Shown here: positions 50,678-60,430 of the stretch, piece after piece
Position numbering within the stretch: the stretch's first letter is position 1
Layout of the letters: each line of letters opens with the position of its first letter
Assembly (NCBI GenBank): GCA_964354155.1
Contig: CAYGYG010000001.1
Span: 11,121-75,120, forward strand
Length of the DNA: 64,000 nucleotides
Direction of reading: 5' to 3'
Source: an uncultured bacterium
GTDB lineage: Bacteria > Hydrothermota > Tepidihabitantia > SM23-42 > CAYGYG01
Made by a program: the position numbers and the translations under genes
The notes under the pieces: model-generated
What the model was told of the DNA's origin: nothing
What the model saw: the letters and a program-made list of their open reading frames with translations, nothing else
Database searches by the model: none

Positions 50678-50875
50678 TAGGCCTCCTTTCGGAAGAAATT
50701 CTAAATCCTAATTTCTAAATCCCACCTCGTGTCTCTCTCGACATCGAGTCGTGAGACGAGACGGAACTCGGCATGAGACATAAACAAATCCCAAATTCTA
50801 ATAGCCAAACGTTTGGAATTTGAAATATTCATGCTTGTTTAGAATTTAGTGTTTCGTGCTTAGAATTTCTCTTTA

Positions 50876-52210
50876 TCATATGTAATTATTAATCGGTCCG
50901 TAGAGCCAGTAGAATCCATTAACCAGTACCGCGTTCACGTCGGTGTCTGAGTTCGCGATGGCGTCGGTAACAAGGTGGAGCGCGATCTCCTTGGTACGTT
51001 TGAGATACCCCAGCGCTAGATCGGCCCCCAGCCCCTTGCTGCTCTTCAGATTGGCAAAGTAACCGGCCAGGGCTTGCTCTTTCTTCGGGTCGGCCATCAT
51101 TTTCTTCCAGGAAGCAAATCCAGCCGGCGGTTGGCCGATTTTGGGATCGAGCTTCTGTTTCAGTTCGTCGATTGGAACATAGGTGCCCTTTTCGACATCG
51201 TAGACACCGGCGGGCCGGTTCCTTTCGTATTTCAGGAAGCCGTCTTTCTGCGTGCCATCGGCGTTCTGTCCACCCAGTACTTTCTTCCCGGCCATCTGGT
51301 CAATAAGGTCACTGTGGAGCGATTTATCGGCAAGGTGCTTGCTCATTACTTTGAGGATACATTGAAAGACATCGACACCGACGTAATCAATGAGCTGAAA
51401 GATGCCCATCGGTCTGATCAGAAAATCCTGGGTCACACGATTGATGATATAGACCGCGCCCGCGAAGCCGTGCTCCTTCTTCAATTGATCAAGAGCATTG
51501 ATACCATGCAGTCCGTCGCGCATGAAATGGCCATTGCCGATGAACCCAGCTTTGTCATTGGCCGGGACAAGCGTCTTACGGAGCCGCTTACCCAGCTCCG
51601 CGGCCATGTCCTTGACGCTGGGCAGAGCTGACTTGGGGGTTATCACTTCGACGAGGCGCTGGACAATGGGCGGATTGTAGAAATGGTAACCGATGATGCG
51701 TCCGCCCAAACCTACCTTTTCGTCGAGAAAACCGATCGGCACCGAGGACGTGTTTGTGAAATACGGCGTGTCTTTGGCGCACAGGCTGTTGATTTCCTTC
51801 AGAACCTTGATCTTGACGTCTTCGTCTTCAACGATCGCTTCGAAAATAATGTGGGAGCCTTTCGCCTGCGCCAGGTCGGAACTGAATCTCAGAACCGACA
51901 ATGAATCATCGACAAACGCTCGGACGACTTCCTCGTTTTCGACAAGGTCGACTCGCTCGCGGTACAGTCCGCGCAGTGCGACGATTGTTTTTTCCGCGTT
52001 CTTGAGCAGTTGAGTCTTCAGAAAACTATGCAGGCCGGCGAGGGCCTTGTCGCTGACGTCAATCAAGTTAAGACGGTAGACCTTGTCTTTGTTCTCGGGC
52101 AGGTTCTTAAGGCGCGCCATTTCCTGGGCGAGCAGCGTGGCAATACCACTGCCCATCTTCCCCGCAGCGCCGATTACGGTGGCATTCTCAAGTCTTTGGT
52201 CGAGATTCAC
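50876..52210 (-). CDS. 3-hydroxyacyl-CoA dehydrogenase family protein (NAD-binding), with C-terminal extension
   Basis: Rossmann motif VIGAAGKMGSGIA and the 3HCDH N- and C-domains. GTG start preceded by an AGGAGG Shine-Dalgarno with 4-nt spacing. Confidence 0.8.
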   Translation of the reverse strand: MNLDQRLENATVIGAAGKMGSGIATLLAQEMARLKNLPENKDKVYRLNLIDVSDKALAGLHSFLKTQLLKNAEKTIVALRGLYRERVDLVENEEVVRAFVDDSLSVLRFSSDLAQAKGSHIIFEAIVEDEDVKIKVLKEINSLCAKDTPYFTNTSSVPIGFLDEKVGLGGRIIGYHFYNPPIVQRLVEVITPKSALPSVKDMAAELGKRLRKTLVPANDKAGFIGNGHFMRDGLHGINALDQLKKEHGFAGAVYIINRVTQDFLIRPMGIFQLIDYVGVDVFQCILKVMSKHLADKSLHSDLIDQMAGKKVLGGQNADGTQKDGFLKYERNRPAGVYDVEKGTYVPIDELKQKLDPKIGQPPAGFASWKKMMADPKKEQALAGYFANLKSSKGLGADLALGYLKRTKEIALHLVTDAIANSDTDVNAVLVNGFYWLYGPINNYI

Positions 52211-52437
52211 AAATCCTCCTTAAGTTACGATTAATCGCAATGACGGTATGTCGAATATCCCCGCAGATTATACTTTACTTTGAGGCAAATGCAAGGGGAA
52301 TTAGGGCCTACCGGGTGTCGGCGGCGGCCCGGGCTTGTTGGCACTCGATGCTCACAGATTGCCCGCGGAAATGGCTTGACGCTGGCCGGGGATTGAGGTA
52401 TGCTTTTCCGGTCAACATGTGCTTAAAGGAGGCGGCA

Positions 52438-53871
52438 GTGCAGAGAGCGTTAATCATCCGGCTCGGGCTGGGACTTTTGCTGGTCGGAGCCGGCATGGCC
52501 TCGGCCCGGAAATGGCAGGTCGGGCCGTCAAGGCCCTATACCATGCCGAGTGCGGTGGCCTCGTTGGTCGGTAACGGTGATACCGTGGAGATTGATTCGG
52601 CCACGTACCGGGACGTGTGTTCGTGGCGGGCGAATGATCTGCTGATCAAGGGGGCCGGGGGCAGGCCGCGGCTTGATGCGACCGGTATGCAAATCGCCGA
52701 GGGCAAGGCGATTTGGGTGCTCAAAGGAAGAAGCAATACGGTTGAGGACATCGAATTCATGGGCGCCGCCTGCATCGACCAGAACGGCGCCGGCATCAGA
52801 ATCGAAGGTCCGGGTTTGGTTGTCCGCCGCGGTCATTTTCATGACAACGAGAATGGTATTCTCGGCGGCGCGGACAGTACGAGCGACATCATCATCGAGT
52901 ATTCGGAGTTTGGCAACAACGGCTATGGTGACGGCTATTCTCATAACATGTACATTGGCAATATCCGGAGTTTCACGCTGCAGCACTGCTATTCACACCA
53001 TGCCCGGGTTGGCCATCTGGTGAAGTCGAGGGCCAAGAATAACTACATTTTCTATAATCGATTGACCTGCGAAACGGGGGGGACTTCATCGTATGAAGTC
53101 GACTTGCCCAACGGAGGACTGGGCCGGGTCATCGGGAACTTGATTCATCAGGGCGCGAATACGTCGAACAGCACGGTTATCAGTTATGGACGGGAGGGGA
53201 TCTCGGCCGGCTACGATACGACGATCTACCTCGTGAACAATACGATGGTCAATGACCGGAGCCCCTTCGGCTCGTTTCTGTCACAGCAGGCCGGCACAAG
53301 GGCCGTGCTCTACAACAATATCTTCTACGGGGGCACAAGAATCACCAGCGGCGGCTATCACCGGGGCAGCAACAACTGGCTGCCGTCCGGGTTTATCGGG
53401 GCCGACAGTCTCCGGCGCAGCGTCATCGGTACAAACCCCCGCTTGAAAGACCTGATCGCCTACGACTATCGACTCGACAGCACCTCAGCGTGCATCGATT
53501 CAGGGGTCGACCCGGGCGGCAATCTATTACCTCAATTCCAGTACGTTCATTCCTGCAGCCGTGAAGCCCGCTTACCGCAGGGCGCAATTGATATCGGGGC
53601 ATATGAGTATGTGAGGACTGAGGTGAGCGAGAAGATAGTTATCAGGTGCAAGAAGCAGGGGGCAAGGCTGAAGATAGTGCCCAACCCATTCATGTCTTAT
53701 GCATCAATCCCAGGGCACGAAAATGAGAAGTTTATAGTTTTCGACGTTACCGGGAGGTTGGTCGATTTCTATTGGGGTGATCGGATTGGGGTGGACCTGA
53801 TCCCGGGCGCCTATTTTGTCATTTCGACCGAAGGCGGTAGTCGGCCGATGAGGGTCGCAAAGATCCAATGA
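52438..53871 (+). CDS. Secreted right-handed parallel beta-helix (pectate-lyase-fold) protein with T9SS C-terminal sorting domain
   Basis: AAGGAGG Shine-Dalgarno 5 nt before the GTG at 52438. Signal peptide. Repetitive NxxG/beta-helix-like segments (GNNGYGDGYSHNMYIGN, NNTMVND). C-terminal CTD (KIVPNPFMSY...GAYFVISTEGGSRPMRVAKIQ). Confidence 0.6.
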   Translation: MQRALIIRLGLGLLLVGAGMASARKWQVGPSRPYTMPSAVASLVGNGDTVEIDSATYRDVCSWRANDLLIKGAGGRPRLDATGMQIAEGKAIWVLKGRSNTVEDIEFMGAACIDQNGAGIRIEGPGLVVRRGHFHDNENGILGGADSTSDIIIEYSEFGNNGYGDGYSHNMYIGNIRSFTLQHCYSHHARVGHLVKSRAKNNYIFYNRLTCETGGTSSYEVDLPNGGLGRVIGNLIHQGANTSNSTVISYGREGISAGYDTTIYLVNNTMVNDRSPFGSFLSQQAGTRAVLYNNIFYGGTRITSGGYHRGSNNWLPSGFIGADSLRRSVIGTNPRLKDLIAYDYRLDSTSACIDSGVDPGGNLLPQFQYVHSCSREARLPQGAIDIGAYEYVRTEVSEKIVIRCKKQGARLKIVPNPFMSYASIPGHENEKFIVFDVTGRLVDFYWGDRIGVDLIPGAYFVISTEGGSRPMRVAKIQ

Positions 53872-53880
53872 CCGCAAAAG

Positions 53881-56800
53881 TTAAAAGTTAGGGGCTGTCC
53901 CCGCGAGGTCCGCGAGGTGGAAGTCGTTGAGGGGTCGGATCTCAAACGTTGCGGTGCGGGCGAATTTGATGGCCTCAATCTCGGCCCGTGCCGAGTTGAG
54001 GGCCATGATGAACGGTATGTTCAGCTCGACGGCGAGCCGGCGCATCATGTAACCGTCACGTTTCGCGCTGTAAGTCATGGTGGGGGTATTGATGATGAGG
54101 TGGATTTTCTTCCGTCTCATGAGATCAAGGGCGTTCGGCGATTTATGCTCGCCGATCCGGTAGACGGTCTGCACTTCAATGCGGTGGTCTCTCAAGAATT
54201 GGGCGGTGCCGCGCGTCGCCACAATCTTGAATCCAAGCCTGATGAATTCGCGGGCGATTCCGAGAATTCCCTTCTTGTCATCATCGCGTACCGTGATGTA
54301 AACCGTACCCTCTTTGGCAAACTTGTTGTCGGAGAGGATCGCCTTGTAGTAGGCGGCACCGAACGTGCGATCCACGGCCATGGCCTCACCGGTTGACTTC
54401 ATCTCCGGACCAAGGATTGGATCAACGCCCGGGAGTTTGAGGAACGGGAAGACCGGTGCCTTTATGGAGACAAAACCGGGCTTCACCTCCTGCTCCAGGC
54501 CCAGGTCGCCAAGCCGGCGGCCCAGCATAATCTTGGTTGCCATTTTTGCCAGGGGAATACCGATGGTCTTGGAGACATACGGTACGGTGCGCGATGCCCG
54601 CGGATTGGCTTCCAGCACGAATATGTCGGCATTGCGGACGGCAAGTTGAAGATTGATGAGACCCTGGGTTCTTAAGGCGCGCGCGATTTTGCGGGCAATC
54701 TCCTTGATACGCTCGATCGTCCTGGGTTTGAGGGAAAAGGGCGGCATGACGCAGTAGGAATCGCCCGAATGGACACCCGCCTGCTCAATGTGCTCCATGA
54801 CGCCGCCGATGAACACATGCTTGCCGTCGCACAGGGCGTCGACATCGACCTCAGTGGCGTTGACGATGTATTTGTCAACGAGAACCGGATGCTCTTTGCT
54901 CGCCTTCACCGCCACTTCCATGTAGCGTTCCAGTTCGCGTTCTTCATAGACAATCTCCATGGCCCGGCCGCCCAGGACATAGCTGGGCCGGACCAGCACC
55001 GGATAACCTATGGCCGCGGCGATCTTCCTGACGCCGTCGAAATTGAACCCGGTGGCAAAGGGCGGCTGGAGAATGTTCATCCGGCGCATCAGGCTGGAAA
55101 AGAGCTTGCGGTTTTCGGCGAGGTTGATATTTTTGGGGCTCGTGCCCAGGATGCGGGTTCTTATTCTCCGGCGGCGGATTTCCCGGGCCAACGGCACGGC
55201 AAGATTGACCGAGGTCTGGCCGCCGAACTGCAGAATCACGCCGGAAGGGCATTCACGGTCGATCACGTTGAGCACGTCTTCGAGGGTGAGCGGCTCAAAG
55301 TAAAGCCGGGTTGAGATATCGAAATCGGTCGAGACCGTCTCGGGATTGCTATTCATCATGATTGCCTCGACACCCTCCTCTTTTAGGGCCAGGGCGGCAT
55401 GAACACAGCAGTAATCGAATTCGATCCCCTGACCGATGCGGATGGGTCCGGAGCCGATCACCAAAACCCGGGTGGTCCGGCGTCGCGGCGGACGGCTTCG
55501 CGCCGGAGCGGTCCAGAAGGTGGAGTAGTAGTACGGCGTGCGGGCCTCAAACTCACCAGCGCAGGTATCGACAATGTTGAAGCCGGTTTTGACGCGCCAC
55601 TTCTCCCGGCGGTCGCGGATCTGCACCGTCGTGTGGCCGGTAAGCAGGCCGAGGTACTCATCACTGAATCCAGCCCGCTTGGCGCGGACCACGAGATCCC
55701 TGGTCAATGGTGATTTCCGCAGACGGTCTTCGATATTGACCAGGTTTTCGAGCTTGCTGATGAAGAATTCGTCGACTTTTGAGAGGGCTCGGATCTTCTC
55801 CTTGGAGTAGCCGCGCCGCAAGGATTCGGTCAGGGCAAAAACGAACTTATTGGTCGGTTCCTCAATCTCGCGAATCAGCTCATGCTCTTTCCAGGCGTCC
55901 GGTTCAAGACCGGTCTTGTCGATTTCCAGAGAACGAATCGCCTTGAGCAGGGCTTCTTCGATCGTCGAGCCGATCGCCATCACCTCGCCGGTCGATTTCA
56001 TCTGCGTGCCGATGCGCCGGTCCACCGTCGGGAATTTATCAAAGGGCCAGCGGGGGATCTTGACGACCACGTAGTCGAGGGCCGGTTCAAAAGCCGCCGA
56101 GGTGTTCTTCGTTACCGCGTTCGGGATCTCGTCAAGATTGAGACCCACCGCGATTTTGGCGCTGACCCGGGCGATCGGATAGCCGGTGGCCTTGGACGCC
56201 AGGGCCGATGACCGCGATACGCGCGGGTTCACTTCAATGACCCGGTATTCCCACTTGTCGGGGTTGACGGCAAACTGGATATTGCAGCCGCCCGCGATGC
56301 CGAGGGCGCGGATTATCTTGAGCGCGGCGCGGCGCAGGAGCTGATGCTCCCGGTCGGTCAGCGTCTGTTGGGGTGCCACCACCATGCTTTCGCCGGTGTG
56401 GATGCCCATCGGGTCGATATTCTCCATGCTACAGATGATGATGCAGTTGTCGTTGCCGTCGCGCATCACCTCATATTCGAATTCCTTCCAGCCGAGGACG
56501 TTTTCTTCAATCAAAACCTGGCCGATGGGTGATAGGCTCAGGCCCAACTGGCTGATGGCGGACAGCTCGTCCCAGTTGTGAGCAATACCGCTGCCTGTGC
56601 CGCCCAGCGTGTAGGCGGGACGAACCAGGACGGGCATTGCTATCTTTTTCAGGATCCTACGTATTTGGTCGAGACCGTGGGCCGCGTAACTCTGGGGGAT
56701 CGGTTCCTTGATCTGGTGCATCAGCGACCGGAAACGGTCCCGGTTCTCGGCCATTTCGATCGATCGGTAGTTCGATCCCAAGAGCTCGACTTTGTACCGG

Positions 56801-57126
56801 TCGAGTATTCCGGCCCGGGCCATTTCGTATGCCAGGTTAAGGCCGGTCTGACCGCCGAATCCCGGCAGCAGGCCCTGCGGCTTTTCCCGAGCGATGATTT
56901 TGGTCAGTGCTTCGACGGTCAGCGGCTCGATGTAGACGACATCCGCGGTTTCGAGGTCGGTCTGAATGGTTGCGGGGTTGGAGTTGACGACTATGGTCCG
57001 GTAGCCCTCCTCACGCAGGGAACGGCTGGCTTGCGAGCCGGAAAAATCGAACTCGGCGGCCTGACCGATGACGATCGGACCGGAGCCGACGATCAGCAGC
57101 CGCTCAAGATCAGTGCGCTTGGGCAT
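53881..57126 (-). CDS. carB: Carbamoyl-phosphate synthase large subunit
   Basis: 1081 aa with duplicated ATP-grasp halves and an MGS-like C-terminal domain. Confidence 0.95.
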   Translation of the reverse strand: MPKRTDLERLLIVGSGPIVIGQAAEFDFSGSQASRSLREEGYRTIVVNSNPATIQTDLETADVVYIEPLTVEALTKIIAREKPQGLLPGFGGQTGLNLAYEMARAGILDRYKVELLGSNYRSIEMAENRDRFRSLMHQIKEPIPQSYAAHGLDQIRRILKKIAMPVLVRPAYTLGGTGSGIAHNWDELSAISQLGLSLSPIGQVLIEENVLGWKEFEYEVMRDGNDNCIIICSMENIDPMGIHTGESMVVAPQQTLTDREHQLLRRAALKIIRALGIAGGCNIQFAVNPDKWEYRVIEVNPRVSRSSALASKATGYPIARVSAKIAVGLNLDEIPNAVTKNTSAAFEPALDYVVVKIPRWPFDKFPTVDRRIGTQMKSTGEVMAIGSTIEEALLKAIRSLEIDKTGLEPDAWKEHELIREIEEPTNKFVFALTESLRRGYSKEKIRALSKVDEFFISKLENLVNIEDRLRKSPLTRDLVVRAKRAGFSDEYLGLLTGHTTVQIRDRREKWRVKTGFNIVDTCAGEFEARTPYYYSTFWTAPARSRPPRRRTTRVLVIGSGPIRIGQGIEFDYCCVHAALALKEEGVEAIMMNSNPETVSTDFDISTRLYFEPLTLEDVLNVIDRECPSGVILQFGGQTSVNLAVPLAREIRRRRIRTRILGTSPKNINLAENRKLFSSLMRRMNILQPPFATGFNFDGVRKIAAAIGYPVLVRPSYVLGGRAMEIVYEERELERYMEVAVKASKEHPVLVDKYIVNATEVDVDALCDGKHVFIGGVMEHIEQAGVHSGDSYCVMPPFSLKPRTIERIKEIARKIARALRTQGLINLQLAVRNADIFVLEANPRASRTVPYVSKTIGIPLAKMATKIMLGRRLGDLGLEQEVKPGFVSIKAPVFPFLKLPGVDPILGPEMKSTGEAMAVDRTFGAAYYKAILSDNKFAKEGTVYITVRDDDKKGILGIAREFIRLGFKIVATRGTAQFLRDHRIEVQTVYRIGEHKSPNALDLMRRKKIHLIINTPTMTYSAKRDGYMMRRLAVELNIPFIMALNSARAEIEAIKFARTATFEIRPLNDFHLADLAGTAPNF

Positions 57127-58195
57127 CGATCATCTCGATAAACTTTCTGAATAGGAAAGAGGTGTCGCAGGGACCGGGTGCGGCTTCGGGATGGAACTGG
57201 ACCGAGAATACCGGAAGGTGCCGGTGGGTCATCCCTTCAACCGTGCCGTCGTTCACGTTGACCCAGTCAAGATTGACGTCGGCCGGGGTGCGGTCCGGAT
57301 CGATTGCGTAGCCGTGGTTCTGCGACGTGATGTACACCTTCCCGGACTTCAAATCCTTCACCGGATGGTTTACGCCCCGGTGGCCGAATTTGAGCTTGAA
57401 AGTGCGCCCGCCCAGGGCAAGTCCCAGAAGTTGATTGCCCAGGCAGATTCCGAAAATCGGATACTTGCCGATTAAGGCCCGGACGGTCTGGACCGTCGTG
57501 CGCAGGATCGTTTCGTGTTCCGGATTGCCCGGGCCGTTGGAGACGACAATCCCGGCCGGTCTATGTTTTCTAATCAGGTCGTAACTGGCGTTGTAGGGAA
57601 CCTGGATGACGTGGGAAAGCTTCTGGAGATTACTGATGATGCTCTTTTTCACTCCGCAATCGATGAGCACCACCTTGCGTTTGTGGCCGTCGCGAAGGTC
57701 AATGATGGTTTTGCATGATACCTGCTCGACCAGATTCTGGGTATCGGGGTGGGCCATCTTTTTCAGCCGTTCAACCAAAGCTCTTGGTTCCGGGAGGCGG
57801 GCGCCGTGGACGAGAACCGCCTTCATCGTGCCGAAGTACCGCAGTTTGAGGGTGAGGGCGCGGGTGTCAACGCCCCAGACGCCGATCAATCCTGCGTCGG
57901 TCAAGTATTTAGCGATGCGCCGGCCCCGGGTCGAAAAAAAAGCGGGCTCCTTAATGACGAGCCCGCGGATCTTGACGGCATCGGATTCACACAATTTAAG
58001 GTGGAAACCGTAGTTGCCGATCAGGGGATACGTGAGCATGAGGATTTGACCGGCGTAGCTCGGGTCGGTAAAAGATTCCTGATACCCGCTCATTGATGTG
58101 TTGAAAACGAACTCACCAAACACTTCGCCCTCGGCCCCAATGCCGTTGCCGCGGACCGCCGTCCCATCTTCGAGGACGAGAATTGCCTTGGGCAT
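57110..58195 (-). CDS. carA: Carbamoyl-phosphate synthase small subunit (glutamine amidotransferase)
   Basis: GATase class I catalytic Cys (GICLGNQLL) and CarA N-terminal domain. Overlaps the carB start. Confidence 0.95.
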   Translation of the reverse strand: MPKAILVLEDGTAVRGNGIGAEGEVFGEFVFNTSMSGYQESFTDPSYAGQILMLTYPLIGNYGFHLKLCESDAVKIRGLVIKEPAFFSTRGRRIAKYLTDAGLIGVWGVDTRALTLKLRYFGTMKAVLVHGARLPEPRALVERLKKMAHPDTQNLVEQVSCKTIIDLRDGHKRKVVLIDCGVKKSIISNLQKLSHVIQVPYNASYDLIRKHRPAGIVVSNGPGNPEHETILRTTVQTVRALIGKYPIFGICLGNQLLGLALGGRTFKLKFGHRGVNHPVKDLKSGKVYITSQNHGYAIDPDRTPADVNLDWVNVNDGTVEGMTHRHLPVFSVQFHPEAAPGPCDTSFLFRKFIEMIDAQAH

Positions 58196-58206
58196 GTCGG
58201 GGTTTT

Positions 58207-58234
58207 ATTCTATCTTGAAACACGACTTTGTCAA
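58207..58234 (-). promoter_or_regulatory. Sigma-70-like promoter (TTGACA-16-TAGAAT) for carAB
   Basis: Minus strand reads TTGACAaagtcgtgtttcaagaTAGAATaaaaccccgacATG. The ATG follows 11 nt after the -10. Confidence 0.55.
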
Positions 58235-58402
58235 GAGCGATTTTGCCGGGGAATCTTCAAATCCTAAATCCGAAGCGCTAAATAATAAACAAACCCCAAG
58301 TCACAGATCTCAATTCATCAAATGGTTTGGGTTTTGAGTATTGGAATTTATGAATTGTTTCGAATTTCGGATTTCGAGATTAGGATTTCTCGGGAACCCC
58401 GG

Positions 58403-60418
58403 CTACGGCAGCAAGAACCCCAGGGTACCGCGACCAACCGATATTTCGGGAATGGCTTTGATTCGAATCATGAAGTCGTAGACCCATTCATTGCCCAGAG
58501 TGTTGAAGCTGAACACGGCCTCCCAGCAGTGCAAGTCCCGGTTCAAGCTCAAGGAGCGGCTGACGATCTCGCCCCGGGTCACATTATAGGTGGCGGCAAA
58601 AGCCAGTGCCCACTTACGGGTTGGTTTGAGGCTAAGTTGTCCGCTGATCTGGTAGTCGCCGTGCCGCACATAGGTCTGGCCGATGGTCAGAGCCTGGTCC
58701 TTGATCTTGAGCTGGAAGGAATTATCGATGTTGTAGGTGTATTCATGATCGTAAGGATTGATTGAGGCGCCGGCCCGCAGCGTGAATGAGGTACAGGGTG
58801 CAGGAAAGACGTTATAGTAGGTGTCGAAGCCGAGCGCAACACTGCCCAACGAGTCAGACTTGAAATCATATCCCGCACCAACATTCATGCCCAATAGCCG
58901 CCGCTTGATCTCGTCCTTGCCGACCTTGGCCTCGAACTCGCTGCCCACGCCAAAAGCGACCGCGTTCTGATAACCATAACTGCCGATGCCGGCGACGGAA
59001 GGGAACCGGGAGAAATCGAAATCCGGTGTGTAACGGTAGGCCAGCGCCGGACTTACCTTATGCAGGACCCCGTGTATGCCGAGGGCATCGGTTGAGAAGA
59101 CGCGGTAGAGATTCGACGCCACCGAAGTGCCGAAGCTGTAGGCGAAGCGCCCGGGCCACTGCTGGCCGTACCGGTCCTGATCGAACATCGCGTAGTCCAG
59201 GGTAACCGAAGGAGAAATCGTGAAAAGCCCGAGAACATTCTGGCTGACCGACGGTGTCGAGTTGACGCCGGCGGCGCTGCGGCGCTGGGTGGTATCGCCG
59301 CGCACGGTGCGCTGGCGGATTGCCATACCGTTGACCTGGGACGAAACTACGCCCAGCAGATTGAACGGAATTGTCGTTATTGAGTACTGGGGCAGCCGTT
59401 CGTCGATCTGGTCGCGCTCGAAGTCCTGGCGCCGGTAAGCACTGATCGAATTCGAGCCGAAAGGCAGGGCGCGCGAAATATTGATGCTTGAGCTCGCCTC
59501 TTTCTTCAGCCAGAGCTCCTTCTCAACTGCGTAGTCCGGCAAGTATGATTCGTCGCTCGCATAGTCGATGTTCGCGGCCATGGTCGAGCCCAGGAAGAAC
59601 TTCTCGCTCGAAGAGCGGCCGGAAACCGCGTAACGTTTCCTTTTCGTATCAGTTTCATCGATGTAGGAAGCCAGGAGGTTGCCCGAGGTGTAGGGCTTGT
59701 ACACCCAGACGGCCGCGGCCTGAGGCTTGATACCCTTCTTTTCCATAACATCGATCATGAAGGTGACATCGGAGTACTCATTGGTCACCCAGTAGTAGGC
59801 GAACTGCTTGATATACTTGCCTTCGGTGCTCGAACTGCCGACCTTGAACGGCAAGAGGCCGGATTTTCTCTCCCGCGCGATGGGCACAAACCAGAACGGC
59901 GCGAAGACCAACGGGATGGACCGGACGCAAAGAAAAATCGGCTCGGCAAGGACCATGTCATTCAGAAACACCTTCATCTTCGGGGCATAGAAATAGTAAT
60001 GCGGCGTCGAGTCTTCGCAGGTCGTGTAGCGGCCGCGCCGGATATTGAACGTCTTTTCGTCAACCCAATAGACTTCGTTTCCGGAGAAGAAACCTTTGTC
60101 GATGCGTGACTTACCTTGCTTAATGAGCGCTTTCTTGTTCTTGATGTTGTAGTGCAAAAACGTCCCCCGCACGGTATCGTTGGCCTGGCTCAGGGCGCAG
60201 GTATGGTAGGCGTCCATAGTATTGGTCTTGAGATAATAGACCACGGTGTCGGCGCGCAGCACGATGTTACCGTACTCGACCCGGGCGCTGTCATAGATGA
60301 GGACTCGCTCCTGTTCAAGGTCGTAGATGATCTGGAGGCCCTGGTAGGTCACCATCAGCAGCGAATCGGCACGCGCGGTTGAGTCGATTTGGAGGAAAAG
60401 AAACAGTATCCAGTGCAT
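58403..60418 (-). CDS. lptD: LPS-assembly outer membrane protein LptD (OstA family)
   Basis: Signal peptide, N-terminal OstA-like domain and a C-terminal beta-barrel region ending in an aromatic-rich segment. 671 aa. Confidence 0.55.
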   Translation of the reverse strand: MHWILFLFLQIDSTARADSLLMVTYQGLQIIYDLEQERVLIYDSARVEYGNIVLRADTVVYYLKTNTMDAYHTCALSQANDTVRGTFLHYNIKNKKALIKQGKSRIDKGFFSGNEVYWVDEKTFNIRRGRYTTCEDSTPHYYFYAPKMKVFLNDMVLAEPIFLCVRSIPLVFAPFWFVPIARERKSGLLPFKVGSSSTEGKYIKQFAYYWVTNEYSDVTFMIDVMEKKGIKPQAAAVWVYKPYTSGNLLASYIDETDTKRKRYAVSGRSSSEKFFLGSTMAANIDYASDESYLPDYAVEKELWLKKEASSSINISRALPFGSNSISAYRRQDFERDQIDERLPQYSITTIPFNLLGVVSSQVNGMAIRQRTVRGDTTQRRSAAGVNSTPSVSQNVLGLFTISPSVTLDYAMFDQDRYGQQWPGRFAYSFGTSVASNLYRVFSTDALGIHGVLHKVSPALAYRYTPDFDFSRFPSVAGIGSYGYQNAVAFGVGSEFEAKVGKDEIKRRLLGMNVGAGYDFKSDSLGSVALGFDTYYNVFPAPCTSFTLRAGASINPYDHEYTYNIDNSFQLKIKDQALTIGQTYVRHGDYQISGQLSLKPTRKWALAFAATYNVTRGEIVSRSLSLNRDLHCWEAVFSFNTLGNEWVYDFMIRIKAIPEISVGRGTLGFLLP

Positions 60419-60430
60419 CCGGCGGCCTGG

